Assembly: GCF_018977255.1 (NCBI RefSeq)
Contig: NW_024704742.1
Coordinates: 55,492,001-55,556,000 of the forward strand
Source of the DNA: Callorhinchus milii
Lineage: Eukaryota
Reading direction: 5' to 3'
Length of the DNA stretch: 64,000 nt
Shown here: one piece after another, positions 1 to 11,323 of the stretch
How positions within the stretch are numbered: the first letter of the stretch is position 1
Layout: each line of letters opens with the position of its first letter
Program-made: the position numbers and the translations under genes
The notes under the pieces: model-generated
Seen by the model: only the letters and a program-made list of their open reading frames with translations
What the model was told of the DNA's origin: nothing
Database searches by the model: none

Positions 1-1235
1 TTCTTGTTGAAAATCTTTTGTGCTGAGAGAAAATAGCTTTGCCACTGACTGCTGGGGAGCTAATAAACCAATACAGTCTTTAGAGCTGTCTGCTTATTGT
101 ACCTCCCACAGTGATGAGAAATTTCACAGAACTGAGGTCTCTGGCAGGGCACATTTGTATGCTCAGACCACAATTAGGCCTTGGGGTTGTTATTATGATG
201 ACCTTGCAAGAAAAGTTCAATCTAAATGGCAGATTCTTTCTTTCAGTCGATTTGTCTCGATGATTAAAACAACAATGGTTGCTTGTCATGAAAACCCTTT
301 TCTATTTTGTTTTTCTTCATTTTCAGTTGGCGTGCAGGTAATCATGAGCCACTCAGTGTGTAGATTTGAACCATTGCCCTTGAAAGATCCTTAGCATGCC
401 ATTACAATTTTAACAAATTAAGTTAATCCAGCAGCACAGTTTTTTTTAAAAAAACAAGCTGAGTACAATGTATAGGTCCTTGCTTGTGTCTTGATAGTTT
501 ATGAATGCAAAAATATTTGTCACTGAACCAAAAATATGATATTTAATTCACAGACCATGAATGCTTTGAAGTTTAACTTAATTTGGCTTAAGTTTTGTTA
601 GAGACATTAGTAAAAATTTATTGTTAAGAGTTGCGGATAAAACCAGTACTCAATTAATGATTGCTGAATAAAAAGTGCTGAGTTCAGATACAAGCAGATT
701 AGAACTGCTGGCAGATCTGCACACACTGGTATTATGTGACAGATTCCCATGTATGAAATCTCTTGTTCTACTTGTCTTTGAATTGACAGTATGACAGCTC
801 TTCTATCCAGTTGTTAGGATTTGCAAATCTGTAATTTTACCTAACAAAGAATACCCCTGATTGCTAGCAGAAAGCATTTCCAAACTTCCTGCAAATGATA
901 TCTCTTTTCTGATTTATAGATGACACCTGTCTAACTCAATGTATTTTGGAAACATCTACATTTGCCTCCATTCATGGAGGTCTGTCAAACTGATTGTTAA
1001 TTAGGTAAAGAGTCAATGTGGCTGTTTTGGATAAAACCATTTGGGTTTGAACACCATACAAGTACTTGAACAAATTATCTATGCTTTGTGTCAGTCTGGC
1101 TCAGTTGGTAGCATTCTCTCCTCTAAAGTCAGAAGGTTGTGGATTCCAGCTCCACGTTGAGATGTGGAACTCTATGCCAGTGTGGTCCAACAGAGAGTGA
1201 ACATTTCTGATGCCAGAGTCGTGCGGCTGATTGAT

Positions 1236-1356
1236 GGAGAGAGAAAGTGGGAGAGAGTTAGAGAGTGTTTGAGAGAGGGGGAGAGAGAGAGAGAAAAAGA
1301 GGTGGAGGGAGAGAATGATTGAGAGAGAGGGAGAGAGAGAGTGATGAAGAGAGAGT
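1236..1356. repeat. Imperfect (GA)n purine-rich microsatellite
   Basis: gagagagaaagtgggagagag...gagagagagagagagaaaaagagg. Confidence 0.9.
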
Positions 1357-1364
1357 AGCATTGG

Positions 1365-2148
1365 CAGCATCACCATCCAAGGATGCACACTCCACTTCAC
1401 TGAACCAGTCTGGAACCTTGGCATCTTGTTTGACCCTCAACTGTTCTTTCTTTCCCATATCAGTGCCATGACCTGCTCTGCCTTCCCCGACCTCCGCAAC
1501 ATTCCCTGGCTCCGCCACTGCCTTTCCCCTCAGGCCGCTGAAACTCTCATCCACACATTTATTACATCTAAGCTTGACTATGCCAACTCCCTGCTTGTCA
1601 GCCTCCCCAACTCTTCCCTCCGCAAGCTGCAGATCATCAGAACCTTGCAGCTCATGTCCTCTCCCGCACCAACTCCATGATTCCCTCTACCCTCACCCGG
1701 CTCCACTGGCTCCCCATCCCCAGAGGATAGAGTTCAAAATCCTTCTCCTTGCCTTCAAAACCCTCCATGGTCTTACCCCCTGCTGATCCTATATCAACCT
1801 GTCCGCTCTCTCCACTCAGTAGGCTCCGGCCTGCTCCATGTGTCCCGCCAGGCCAGCCCCACCATTGGCAATCGGGCCTTCAGCCTCTCTGCCCTCACCC
1901 TTTGGAACTCTACCCCAAACACCAGCTTGCTTCATATCCCCCCCCCCCCACCCCCGCCACTTTATCTGCCCCACCATCGCAATTTGCCACCACTCTCTGG
2001 AGTTCCTACCTCCATCTTTCAAGGCATGTGAAGACCACGCTTTTGATTATCTTTTGCCCTCCCCAACTCACCTCCCTCAGCTCCCACCCCCAGCTCAGGT
2101 GTCAAGCTGACAGTGTCGAGCGCTTTGAGATGTCTTTCCAATGTGAAG
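1365..2148 (+). mobile_element. L2 (LINE2 clade) 3' fragment with degraded ORF2 C-terminus
   Basis: Frameshifted peptides FDPQLFF..HI, AETLIHTFITSKLDYANSLL, QRIEFKILLLAFKTLHG, IGNRAFS..LWNS, plus an L2-type tail. Confidence 0.9.
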
Positions 2149-2639
2149 AACTGACACTCCAATGCAGTGCGAGGACTAGCTGCATTGTTGAAGGTGTTAT
2201 TCTTTCGAGGTGCCATCTGCCTGTTCAGGTGGACATTAAAGATCTGATTCTTCAAAAAGAGAATGGTGTCCTGGCCAACAGTCCTCCAAATAAAAAAATG
2301 GTCATTCACTTCATGGCTGTTTACGACACATTGCTGTGTATGCAAATTGACTGCTGCGTTCGCCCACAAGACACAGTCACTCTACTTGACAGTAAATCCT
2401 GTGAAACACTTTGAGATGTCCTCCTGATGGAAAATCCGCTAAACCAAATGTAAGTACAGTATTATTATATGCTAACATTCTCGGGGGTGTTGCACTATTG
2501 GAGGTGCTGCCATTCAGAGAAAATATTAAACCCAAATTTTTCTCTGCTTATTCTGATGGATGGTAAAGATCCCATGAGCTATTTTGAACATCTGGTGCAA
2601 AATGCATTTAAAAGTGACTATAACCCTGTAAACCTTGCG

Positions 2640-3662
2640 CTTGATATAGCACTTACAATTGACATATCGCATCCTTGAGATGTCTCAAGGAGCTTCATAG
2701 AATTTTACTGGGAAATGCACTGACTGTGTTTATAGGTAAACATGGCAGTTAATTTTCACACAACAATGTCCCACAAACAGCCATAAATTAATGACCAATT
2801 TTATTTGATTGTTGGTCGAGACACTTCCCTTTTTCAATAGTGTCAAGGGATCTTTAACATCCACCTGAACTGGCAGATGAGCCTCGCTTTAACATCTCAT
2901 CTGAAAGACAGCAGCTCCAACAATGCAGCATCCGACTATCCTTCTTGGCGGGGGTAGTGGGATCTCCTTGCCACTGAACTGGCTCGAAGGAGACATGTTT
3001 GGCAATGGAATGTCAGAATCAAGCCTGTGGCCCTCATGGTAGTCTGGTTCCTGAGCCAGGCGGGTCTGCAGTATCCCAGGGCACTGCTGATGACATCATA
3101 GCCAGACTGGCTCATTGGTAGGACCTGGAAAGGCAGACCAGTCAATGGGGGCAGGGCATCCTCCCACTCAGTTCCTGTTAATCCTGCAAGCCAAAGCTCG
3201 AACGGTTAGGGTAGTCTTAACTGGGAAAGCTTGCCAATCAGCAATATCAACGGCAAGCTATGCGGTTTTAGCTGGTTAGACACCAGCAGTACCCCAATGC
3301 ACACTCTGGGGGGCCCCAAGCCTTGGCACTTGCCAACCTGCGCCTTTCTGGAATTAGGTAAGCAGGACACATCCAACCCTTTAGGGAGAGAGTGTGCATT
3401 CCATTCCAACAATCTATCTACCGAATTTCCATGTGTGGGTGGGATGCACGGAATTCTCATTTTGGTTTGATACTCATAAGCATGGTGATAGGTTTCCACA
3501 TGTGTCAGACAGCAGCGTGACTAAAATAAAATCAATGCAGCATTCCTCCCAACAATGCAATGGAGCATCACTTTAGACGATGAGTTTAACATCACAACAT
3601 GGGGCTTGAATCTACAGCTGTCTGACTCAGAGACGACTGCTACCAATTGAGCCAGGCTAACA
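2640..3662 (-). mobile_element. SacSINE1-like DeuSINE interrupted by the unclassified element
   Basis: Tail and Deu segment at 2640-2930 (gggatctttaacatccacctgaac...tttaacatctcatctgaaaga). tRNA-like head remnant at 3600-3662 (ctgactcagag...taccaattgagcca). Confidence 0.7.
2932..3531 (+). mobile_element. Unclassified structured A-tailed retroposon, copy A
   Basis: Homologous to 4 other loci in the window. Ends in gtgtcagacagcagcgtgactaaaataaaa and is flanked by an 11-bp direct repeat caatgcagcat (2921-2931 and 3533-3543). Confidence 0.8.
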
Positions 3663-3807
3663 CCTCAGCAGAGGAAGCAGAATTTAAGGGTGTTGACTGA
3701 ATGCATGCTCAAGCAGGTACAACACAATTTACATTTATATAGCACCTTTCACATTGGGAGGATAAAAATAATAATAATCCTTACATTTGATATAGCGCCT
3801 TATCACA

Positions 3808-4440
3808 GCAGCAAAAACAACAAAATTACATTTGTATAGCGACATTCACGCTGGTAGGACTTTCCAAGGAGCTGGACAGTCAGTGTTTCAGACCTGAGCT
3901 GGGGGTTGGGATTGTGGAGGGTGGGGGGGAAGCAGGATGATCAAAAGCATGGTCGAAGAGGAGGGTCTTGAGATGGGTCTTGAAGGAGGCAAGAAAGGAG
4001 GTGAGGCGGAGAGACTGTGGGATGGAGTACCAGAGGGTAGGGGCAGAGTCGCAGAAAGCCCGACTGCCAATGGCATCTTCACGTCTACAAGACATAGAAT
4101 ATCATGTCTTCTACAACAACAACAACAACAACAACAACAAGATTCCATTTATAGAGCGCCTTTCACTTCAGGAGGACGTCCCAAGGCACTGTACAGTTGG
4201 GTCAGGACCCGAGCAGGGGGGAAATGGTCAGGGTGAGGGGAGGGAAGGGAGGGGGCGAGGAGGGGGGAAATGGTCAGGGTGAGGGGAGGGAAGGGAGGGA
4301 GCGAGGAGGGAGTAGAGAGTCGAGAGTGGAGCTGAAGGCACGGTCAAAGAAAAGGTCTTGAGACCGGCCTTGAAGGAGGAAAGGGAGGAAGCAAGGCAAA
4401 GGCACTGGGGGATAGAGTTCCAGAGCCTAGGAGCTGAGAC
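3808..4440 (-). mobile_element. Two stacked L2 3' ends, (GTT)n tails
   Basis: Antisense peptides IGSRAF..APTLWYSIP..SFKTHLKTLLF and APRLWNSIP..SFKAGLKTF. (CAA)n at 4113-4140. Internal duplication of about 45 bp at 4216-4300. Confidence 0.85.
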
Positions 4441-4607
4441 CTCTAGACATCTCAAAGCGCTTCACAGAATATACCGTAAAGTGAATTGATTGTATATTTT
4501 GCAGGCGAAAGGATGTCAATGAATTGAAAAGGAGGTATGCTTTTCCAAAAGGTTTTGAAGGCAGGAATAAAAGGAACAAAGTGAAGGAAATTTGGAGATG
4601 TTTTATG

Positions 4608-4986
4608 TAGCATGTTGGTTAGAGCACCTGCCTCACCAGCGAGAGGACCCCGATTCAATTATCAAGCAGAGCAAAACCTTAGGCAAAACCTGACTCCACA
4701 TACCTGTTCACGCAGTAAGTTGGAACCCAGTTATTAGCCAATTTGTGGATCACTTTCCTGGGGTAATAATCCCTTCAAAACAAATACTTAAATAAATAAA
4801 TAAATAATTTGGTCACTCAATCCACAACTGTTTGTTTGTTTGTTGTCCACAACTGCTGTGTGGAATTGGCTGCCGCAGTTCGTCCCCAAAATATACAGTC
4901 CATTCACTTTACAGTATATTCTGTGAAGCATTTGAGCTGTCTCAATGATATGATAAGATGCTATATCAAATGCAAGGATTATTATT
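4608..4986 (+). mobile_element. tRNA/Meta-like/Deu/L2-tail SINE, long form, degraded
   Basis: tRNA-like head tagcatgttggttagagcac, central gttcacgcagtaagttggaaccc, tail gctatatcaaatgcaaggattatt. Confidence 0.8.
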
Positions 4987-6022
4987 TTCTTACGGTAAAT
5001 GCAAATTTACAAAGTCAAAAATTTGTACTGCTAGATTTTTAAATTTTGAAAAATATGGTTTTGGTTTCCTCCTATAAATAAACTTTATGCCAAGTTTTGT
5101 ACTTGAGCAGTTGTTACTGGAAGTCTACCATTTTGTAATCCTGGAAAATGTAATCCTTCAATATGTTTTGCGCGATATGCTGCCTAGGTTCAGCAGTTAG
5201 ATAACAGTAGAGGGCAAAGTTGATCCTCTTTGATGCAGAATCTGCTATCAAGAAATCAGACATATTCAAATATACATTCTATGCAATAAAGCCAAATGGA
5301 ATTGAATAATATACTAAACCATAAATTATTGTCAGTCAACTGCAAATCAGGCTTTACGACTCAAATAAACAATGTGCTCCCCATTGCTCACAATAATAGA
5401 TTCAACATATATGCCTAAGAACTCTTATGTTGTATAAATCATAAAACAATAAAAAAATCCCTAACCTGAAATGTTATTGAAACTAGTTGAATAAGTTAAG
5501 ACTTTTTGCAAGCATTTGACATGCACCTGCTAATCCTGAACATATTGCTATAACTTGGAGAGAACCGTGGAGAGTAAAAATGCAGTACAATAACCTTTTG
5601 CTGGTGTTTGGAAATTAACAACTTTATTGATCTTATTCAGCACAAAGCATACTACAGAGAACAAAAGAACTCAAGGCAAAAAAATCAAAATCCTATTTGA
5701 GCTTTTGTTTGCTAAGATGAAGTTTTGATGCATTTTCATTGTACATTGTAATAAGTCAGAGTATTGTTGGTTCAATAATAGCCGTCACTACATTAACTAG
5801 GAGCATTGTTATCTTGAAAATAGCACCTAGGCATTTCCAATAGCCCCCAAATGCCTCACTGTACCTCATCCAGTAATCAATAATATACAATAATAAAAAC
5901 ACTCTTGACATGCAAATGAAACAGTAAATCTCTAAAGTTACACCTGACTTAATGCGGTCTCAGCAGTTCTGAAGAAACTTAAATTCTACGGGTAGAATTG
6001 TATAAAGACTGATTTCACAGTC

Positions 6023-6507
6023 TTTTTTTGGTTAGTTGGGTGTCTGACACATGCGGAATCCCATCACCATGCTTAAGCGTATCCAAACTAAGCTGAGATT
6101 TCCATGCAACCCACCTACACATGGAAATCCCAGAGGTAGATTATTGGAATGAAATGCACACTCTGTCCCTGGGAGAATGCATCCTTCTTACCTAATTCCA
6201 GAAAGTATTAGGTGCAGGTTGGCAAGAACCAAGGCTTGGAGACAAGAGAGTGGGCGTTGGGATATTGCTGGAGTCTAACCATCTAAAACCGAATAGCTTG
6301 CCATTGATATTGCTGTCCGAGAAAGCTTTCCCGCTGCTTGTCCAGCTAGGACAACCTTACCCATTGGGGCTTTCGCTTGCAGGGTTAATAAGAGTTGAGT
6401 GGGATGACACCCTGTCCCAGTGACTTGTCTGCCCTTCCAGGTCCTGCTGATGAGTCAGGCTGGGTGTGTTGTCATCAGCAGTGCCCTGGAATAAGGCGGA
6501 CCCGCCT
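6023..6507 (-). mobile_element. Unclassified structured retroposon, copy B (5'-truncated)
   Basis: Reverse complement matches 2932-3531 and ends at the same 3' end, with a T7 run at 6023-6029. Confidence 0.85.
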
Positions 6508-6618
6508 CAATCATACAATGTTTGTACAGGTTGTTCTCCCAGTATGCAAGGTTTAGATCAGAGATCCAGTTTGGTGAATGCAAACTGTTCAATATGTTTT
6601 GAGCCGCTAATGGAATCG

Positions 6619-6840
6619 AGGAGGAACTCAGCTTAGGGCAGGATTTACACTATTTGTGTAACATTTCTGAGTGTCCAGAATTTAGCAAATTGTTGAATTC
6701 AGTCTTGACTGCAATTTTTGAAGAACATGCAGAAAATCACTTTAAGATCAAGGCTCTATTTAAGAATTTGTCACATTTTGGATGCGCTGAAGTGCTACGT
6801 AAATAGAATAAATCTGGACACAGGTGCAATTTGTTCCCCC
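6619..6840. mobile_element. Old palindromic MITE-like element, copy 1 of 3
   Basis: The left arm (gatttacactatttgtgtaac...caaattgttgaattcagtcttga) is an imperfect reverse complement of the right arm (tcaaggctctatttaagaatttg...aaatagaataaatc). Related sequence at 8668 and 41805. Confidence 0.65.
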
Positions 6841-7385
6841 AGCACTTGCTTGTGCTTAAATTTAATTTACATCAAATTTCTAACCCTGGGAGATTGCTTC
6901 CCCATAGAAATCTGACATTTGATCACCAGCGATAATTATCACATCAACGTAAAATACAGCCAAAGTAGTCAATAGTTATCAGTGGCTTTGGAGGGAGAAA
7001 TATTTATTTGGTTGACATGATAATTCACACTGGAGATTATATTTTATGCTGCATTGATGCTGTCCTTCCATACTTTGATATATGATCTCACAAACGAAAG
7101 AACTGATTGCCAGCACAGGGTTTGTGCACAGACTGAGAAGCGATCACATTAAAAATACGAATCAACAAATCTAATTGCCTCGGTTACTAAAATACACTGA
7201 ATGCTCACACCCTTGGGTCAAGAAGCCCATCTCAATTTTGAAAAACTAAACTTTACAGATCATGTAGTCAGCCATACAGCTTTAATAACTTATTTGTACT
7301 GATGTCAAGACGATATGCAGCGAATGTTCTGCTTCATGTAACCCTCCAAACCCAGTAACATTGATGCAGAATATGCTTCTTACAC

Positions 7386-7655
7386 CAACAACAACAACAA
7401 GATTCCATTTATAAAGCACCTTTCACGTCAGGAGGACGTCCAAGGCGCTGCACAGTTGGGTCATGACCCGAGCAGGGGGGAAATGGTCAGGGTGAGGGGA
7501 GGGGAGGGAGCGAGAAAGGGGAAGAGAGTCGAGAGGGGAGCTGAAGGCTCGGTCAAAGAGAAAGGTTTTGAGACCGGCCTTGAAGGAGGAGAGGGAGGAA
7601 GCGGCGAAGGCACTGGGGGATAGAGTTCCAGAGCCTCGGGGCTGAGAGGCTGAAG
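7386..7655 (-). mobile_element. L2 3' end
   Basis: Close match to the 3' end of the 54029-55285 L2, with a (GTT)n tail. Confidence 0.9.
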
Positions 7656-7984
7656 GTAAATTAAATTATAATCATCATTTCTTGCTGATTTAGCATTGCT
7701 GGTGGTTGTAAAATACACCTAGTGTGAGCAAGATGGTGGATAAACTGAAGCTCCATGACTTTATATGTCCATAAAAAAATTATGTGGATATGGTCCCCGG
7801 CAAAAGAGGTGATTTGAAGAGAATTCAAGACTCTACCTCATTCTTGGATTGACATAAACTTAATAGACTGCTTGAAACATCACTATGATTCTTTAAGATG
7901 CTATTCATAACCTTTATTGTTTTATGCCATCATACGTATATTAAGCATATATTTTGTGAAGTAGACCATACTGAAACTTCACAT

Positions 7985-8218
7985 AATCATAGAATTATAC
8001 AGCACAGAAGGAGGCCATTTGGCCCATTGTGTCTGTGCCGGCTCTTTTAAAAAGAGCTGTCCAAATCAATCCCACTCCCCCGCGCTCTCCCCATAGCCCT
8101 GGAAACTTGTCCTCTCCAAATAATTATCTACTTCTCTCTTAAAAGTTGTTATCGAATCGGCTTCCGCCATCCTTTCAGGCAATGCATTCCAGATCCGAGC
8201 AACTCGCTGTGTGAAAAA
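7985..8218 (-). mobile_element. CR1-clade LINE 3' end
   Basis: catagaattatacagcacagaaggaggccatttggccc (the CR1 3' stem-loop plus TTCTATGA-type tail on the - strand), and aatgcattccagatc. Confidence 0.85.
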
Positions 8219-8667
8219 CAACTTGGCTAATTTATCAATGGGTCTAATTTGTGATATTTGTGAAATTGTTACAAAACATCACCTCTCTGCAGTTTAGTTC
8301 CATTTCAAGTTATAATGGGGATAAATTATAGGTCTAGATTACTCTATGTAGCATTTTAGAATGTTCCAAATTTATTAATAAATGCTGATCCTTATATTTG
8401 TCAAAGCCCCTTTTACCTTGGGAGGACATCTCTAAGCGCTTCACAGAATTTACTGTAAAGTGGAGTGAACACAGCAGCCAATTTGCACACATCAATGTCC
8501 CCAAAACAGCCATGTTCACTGCACTTAAGAGTAAATCCTGTGAAGTGCTTTGAGACGTTCTTCTGACCTGAAAGGTGGTATATCAAATGTAAAGCTTATT
8601 AATATTTGGGAGATTGTTGGCCAGGACACTGGAAGAAGCTCTTTTCTCCTTTCGAATAGTGCCATAA

Positions 8668-8840
8668 TTTGGCAAATTGTTGAATTCAGTTTTAACTTTG
8701 AAGTTGATTCCTTTGGTTCTTAAAATAACTTACAGAAAGCCGTAGTCAAAATGAAAGCAGTATTTAAGAATTTGCCAAATACTGCACTCCAAAATACTAC
8801 ATAAATATAATAAATCTAGACCCAGGTAGAATTTCTTCCC
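8668..8840. mobile_element. Old palindromic MITE-like element, copy 2 (partial)
   Basis: tttggcaaattgttgaattcag...tatttaagaatttgccaaa...aataaatctagacccagg. Confidence 0.6.
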
Positions 8841-9389
8841 ATCTGTTTCTAATTGCTCCCTGTATTAAGATCTACAGCTTAACACATAACCGAGTTTGAC
8901 ATTGTAGTTAAATATTCTAACTAACTTTTTTGTGAATTTTGTACTCACGAAAGTGAGGCATGTTATTGGTGGAAAATGGAACAATTCCCATGTTGTATAC
9001 TTAGTGCACTTCCAAGACAAGTACTGTATATCATATTTAGATGCAAAGTAAATGTACTGTATATCACATTTAAATGCAAAATAAATATCCCTGTACTTTG
9101 CCCCAACTGCATTCCTTAGCCTCAGTCTCCAAAGAGCAGTCTGCCTCACTCTTGTAGTATCTTTGAGTAAAATTGTCAATTTAGTGCCAAATTAATAGTA
9201 TTTTGGGGTGATGAGGCCATAAGGAGCTGGGTTGATGACATCTCTTACTGATTCCAAGAATAACATGTTTTTTTCCATCCCGTCGAATAGCATTACAGTA
9301 TTCTATTAATGGACAGAGACTTATGTGCTATAAACACTGAATAATAATAAACATAACCATGGCACACTTAAAATGGAGCCGACAACTTT

Positions 9390-9778
9390 GAAATGCCTCA
9401 AACGACTTTACAGAAATTATTGTCCAATGTATTGTTTTTTTTACACAATCATGGTAGCCGTTTTGCACACTGCATCATCTCGCAAACAGCCATGAGGTAA
9501 ATGATCAATTTATCTGGTGGCATGTTTGCAAGAACACTGGGATTTAGGAAGGAAAGGAGACTCTTCTGTTTTCTATAATATCATGGGATTTTTAACATTC
9601 GTCTTAGGACGGGCATACATGACCCCAATTTCACATTTCATTTGAAAGATGGCAACTATGCAGGAGTTCCCCAGCAGTGCACTGGTATGTGAGCTGAGAC
9701 TGTGAGCTCAAGTCTTGATCTGAGGGTTGAGTCCACAATTTTCTGACCCAGAGGCAAGAGTTTTACCAACTGAACCAG
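9390..9778 (-). mobile_element. Degraded SacSINE1-like DeuSINE
   Basis: catgggatttttaacattc...acatttcatttgaaagatggca, with head remnant ctgacccagaggcaagagttttaccaactgaacca. Confidence 0.65.
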
Positions 9779-9795
9779 GTGGATTCCTGAAGTAT

Positions 9796-9976
9796 AAACA
9801 AAACACAAAATTCTGTAGATGCTGGAAATCTGAAACAAAAACAGATGTCACTGGGAACATTCAGCAAGTCAGGCAACAGAATGTTCTGACGAAGGTTCAT
9901 GGACCCGAAACGTTGACTCACTTTCCTTTCTCCATGGATGCTGCCTGATCTGCTGAGTGTTCCACTTCTGTTTTCA
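9796..9976 (+). mobile_element. Miniature Penelope-like element: inverted pLTR pieces with a minimal hammerhead ribozyme
   Basis: Inverted arms ggaaatctgaaac...ctgggaacattcagcaagtcaggca and tgcctgatctgctgagtgttcca...ttcagattcc. 14-bp flanking duplication gattcctgaagtat (9782-9795 and 9977-9990). Homologous to the pLTR attached to the GIY-YIG relic at 46263. Confidence 0.8.
9882..9918 (+). ncRNA. Minimal type I hammerhead ribozyme motif (Penelope-type), partly mutated
   Basis: tgtt-CTGACGA-a-ggttc-atg-gaccc-GAAA-cgtt-gact: both conserved core boxes, helix II with one mismatch, palindromic AACGTT as the loopless helix III, and a short helix I. Confidence 0.7.
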
Positions 9977-10924
9977 GATTCCTGAAGTATCCTAGTTTGA
10001 TACGTAGAGCCAAATCTTCTTGAAGAATTTTATCTTCTGTCTGCTTTTCAGCAGACATCACTTTTTATCCCAATGTAGATCAAAAATAAGATGGTGTTGA
10101 ATTCTTCTCACTGAAGACAGATTGCAAACCTTATGACAGAAAGTAAGTAAGAGATGGATTTTAAATAGCCTTACTGGACTCCATTACTGGATATATTGGA
10201 CAATATTAGAGCTGGCACAGTGAGCACAATAATTGAGTTGGCATTCTCATTTTGACTGCTCACTCTCTAATTTTTCTTTACCTGATTAGGGTGGTTCAGT
10301 CACCGATTTTGAATGGGGTGGGCTGGGGTGGAGCGATGGGCTAATCTGTTATTATGGTGTGAATACAAAATTTAGTTAAAATCTTAAAACCTGACAAACT
10401 ATGGGCCATTCTCCAGCTGAGCACAGAGTGGAATTTGTGAGAACTAAAACGGTTTAAACTTGCCAAACCTGAACAGTGATAATATCCTTTTCAGATCACT
10501 TTTAGAATATGAATTAATCCTCAAATGATGCACAATAGAAGTGAAATGAATATTCTAAAACTCCATTACTTTAATCATAGTGGAGTCACCAATTCGCAAT
10601 CATCTCAATTCACTTCAATTCACAGCAGCTTTTGAATGTAACAGTGCAGAAGACTTCAAAAGCAACAAAACAATCAGTTGTAAAGTGATTTTAAAGGTAC
10701 CTATGAACAAATATACAACTAGCATGACTAGGTGTAGAATAGATGTTAATAATTCACGCAGTTGATTTCATGCTCCTTTGTTATATAGTTTGCAAGCCTG
10801 GCTCGCTGCAGTAATTAGCTCTTGGAGGTTTAGTCAGGATAAAATTTAAACCCTTGCATTTGATATATAAACTTTCACATTGGGAGGATGCCTCAAACAA
10901 CATTACAGGAGTTATTATAAAGTG

Positions 10925-11270
10925 TAATGAATAATAATAGTAATAGTCATCCTTGCTTTTGATATAGTCTTTGAGACATCACTAAGCGCTTCATAGAGTA
11001 TCCTGTAAAATGAACTGATTGTACATTTTGTGAGCGAAACACGGTAGCCAATTATCTACAGCAGTGTCCCACAAACAGTCATGGATTGAGTGACCAATTA
11101 TTATAATTTTTTNGAAGGAATTATTAACCCGGAAAAAGCGATCCACCAATTGACTAACAACCAGGTTCCTATTTCTTGCTCGGTAAACAGATGCGTGTGG
11201 AATAAGGAAACTTGCCCAATTGGAATCAAACCCAGGTCCTCTAGCTTGTGAGGCAAGTGCTCTAGCCACT
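10925..11270 (-). mobile_element. tRNA/Meta-like/Deu SINE, long form
   Basis: Matches the 14497-14875 copy. Contains the single N in the window (11113). Confidence 0.8.
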
Positions 11271-11323
11271 ATACAATGCATATTTTGTAGGTGAATGTGG
11301 CAGGCAATATGCACAAACCAAGC

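Larger units (their letters stand above)
1092..2455 (+). mobile_element. Old tRNA-headed DeuSINE (SacSINE1-like), split by a GA-rich tract and an L2 insertion
   Basis: tRNA-like head TGGCTCAGTTGGTAGC...AAGGTTGTGGATTC at about 1096-1170. The Deu-like body resumes at about 2150 (ctgacactccaatgcag...ctgcctgttcaggtggacattaaagatc...tgtcctggccaaca), followed by an L2-like tail. Confidence 0.7.

Noticed and set aside
327..337. 11-nt microexon ttttcag|TTGGCGTGCAG|gtaatc
   Set aside because: The splice sites are good, but it shifts frame and has no supporting neighbours, so it cannot be distinguished from chance.
3087..3131. Hammerhead ribozyme (CTGATGA...GAAA) or C/D snoRNA box in the unclassified retroposon
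   Set aside because: CTGATGA is buried in a 10-bp helix, GAAA occurs only in copy A (copies B-D have GAAG), and there is no proper helix II or III.
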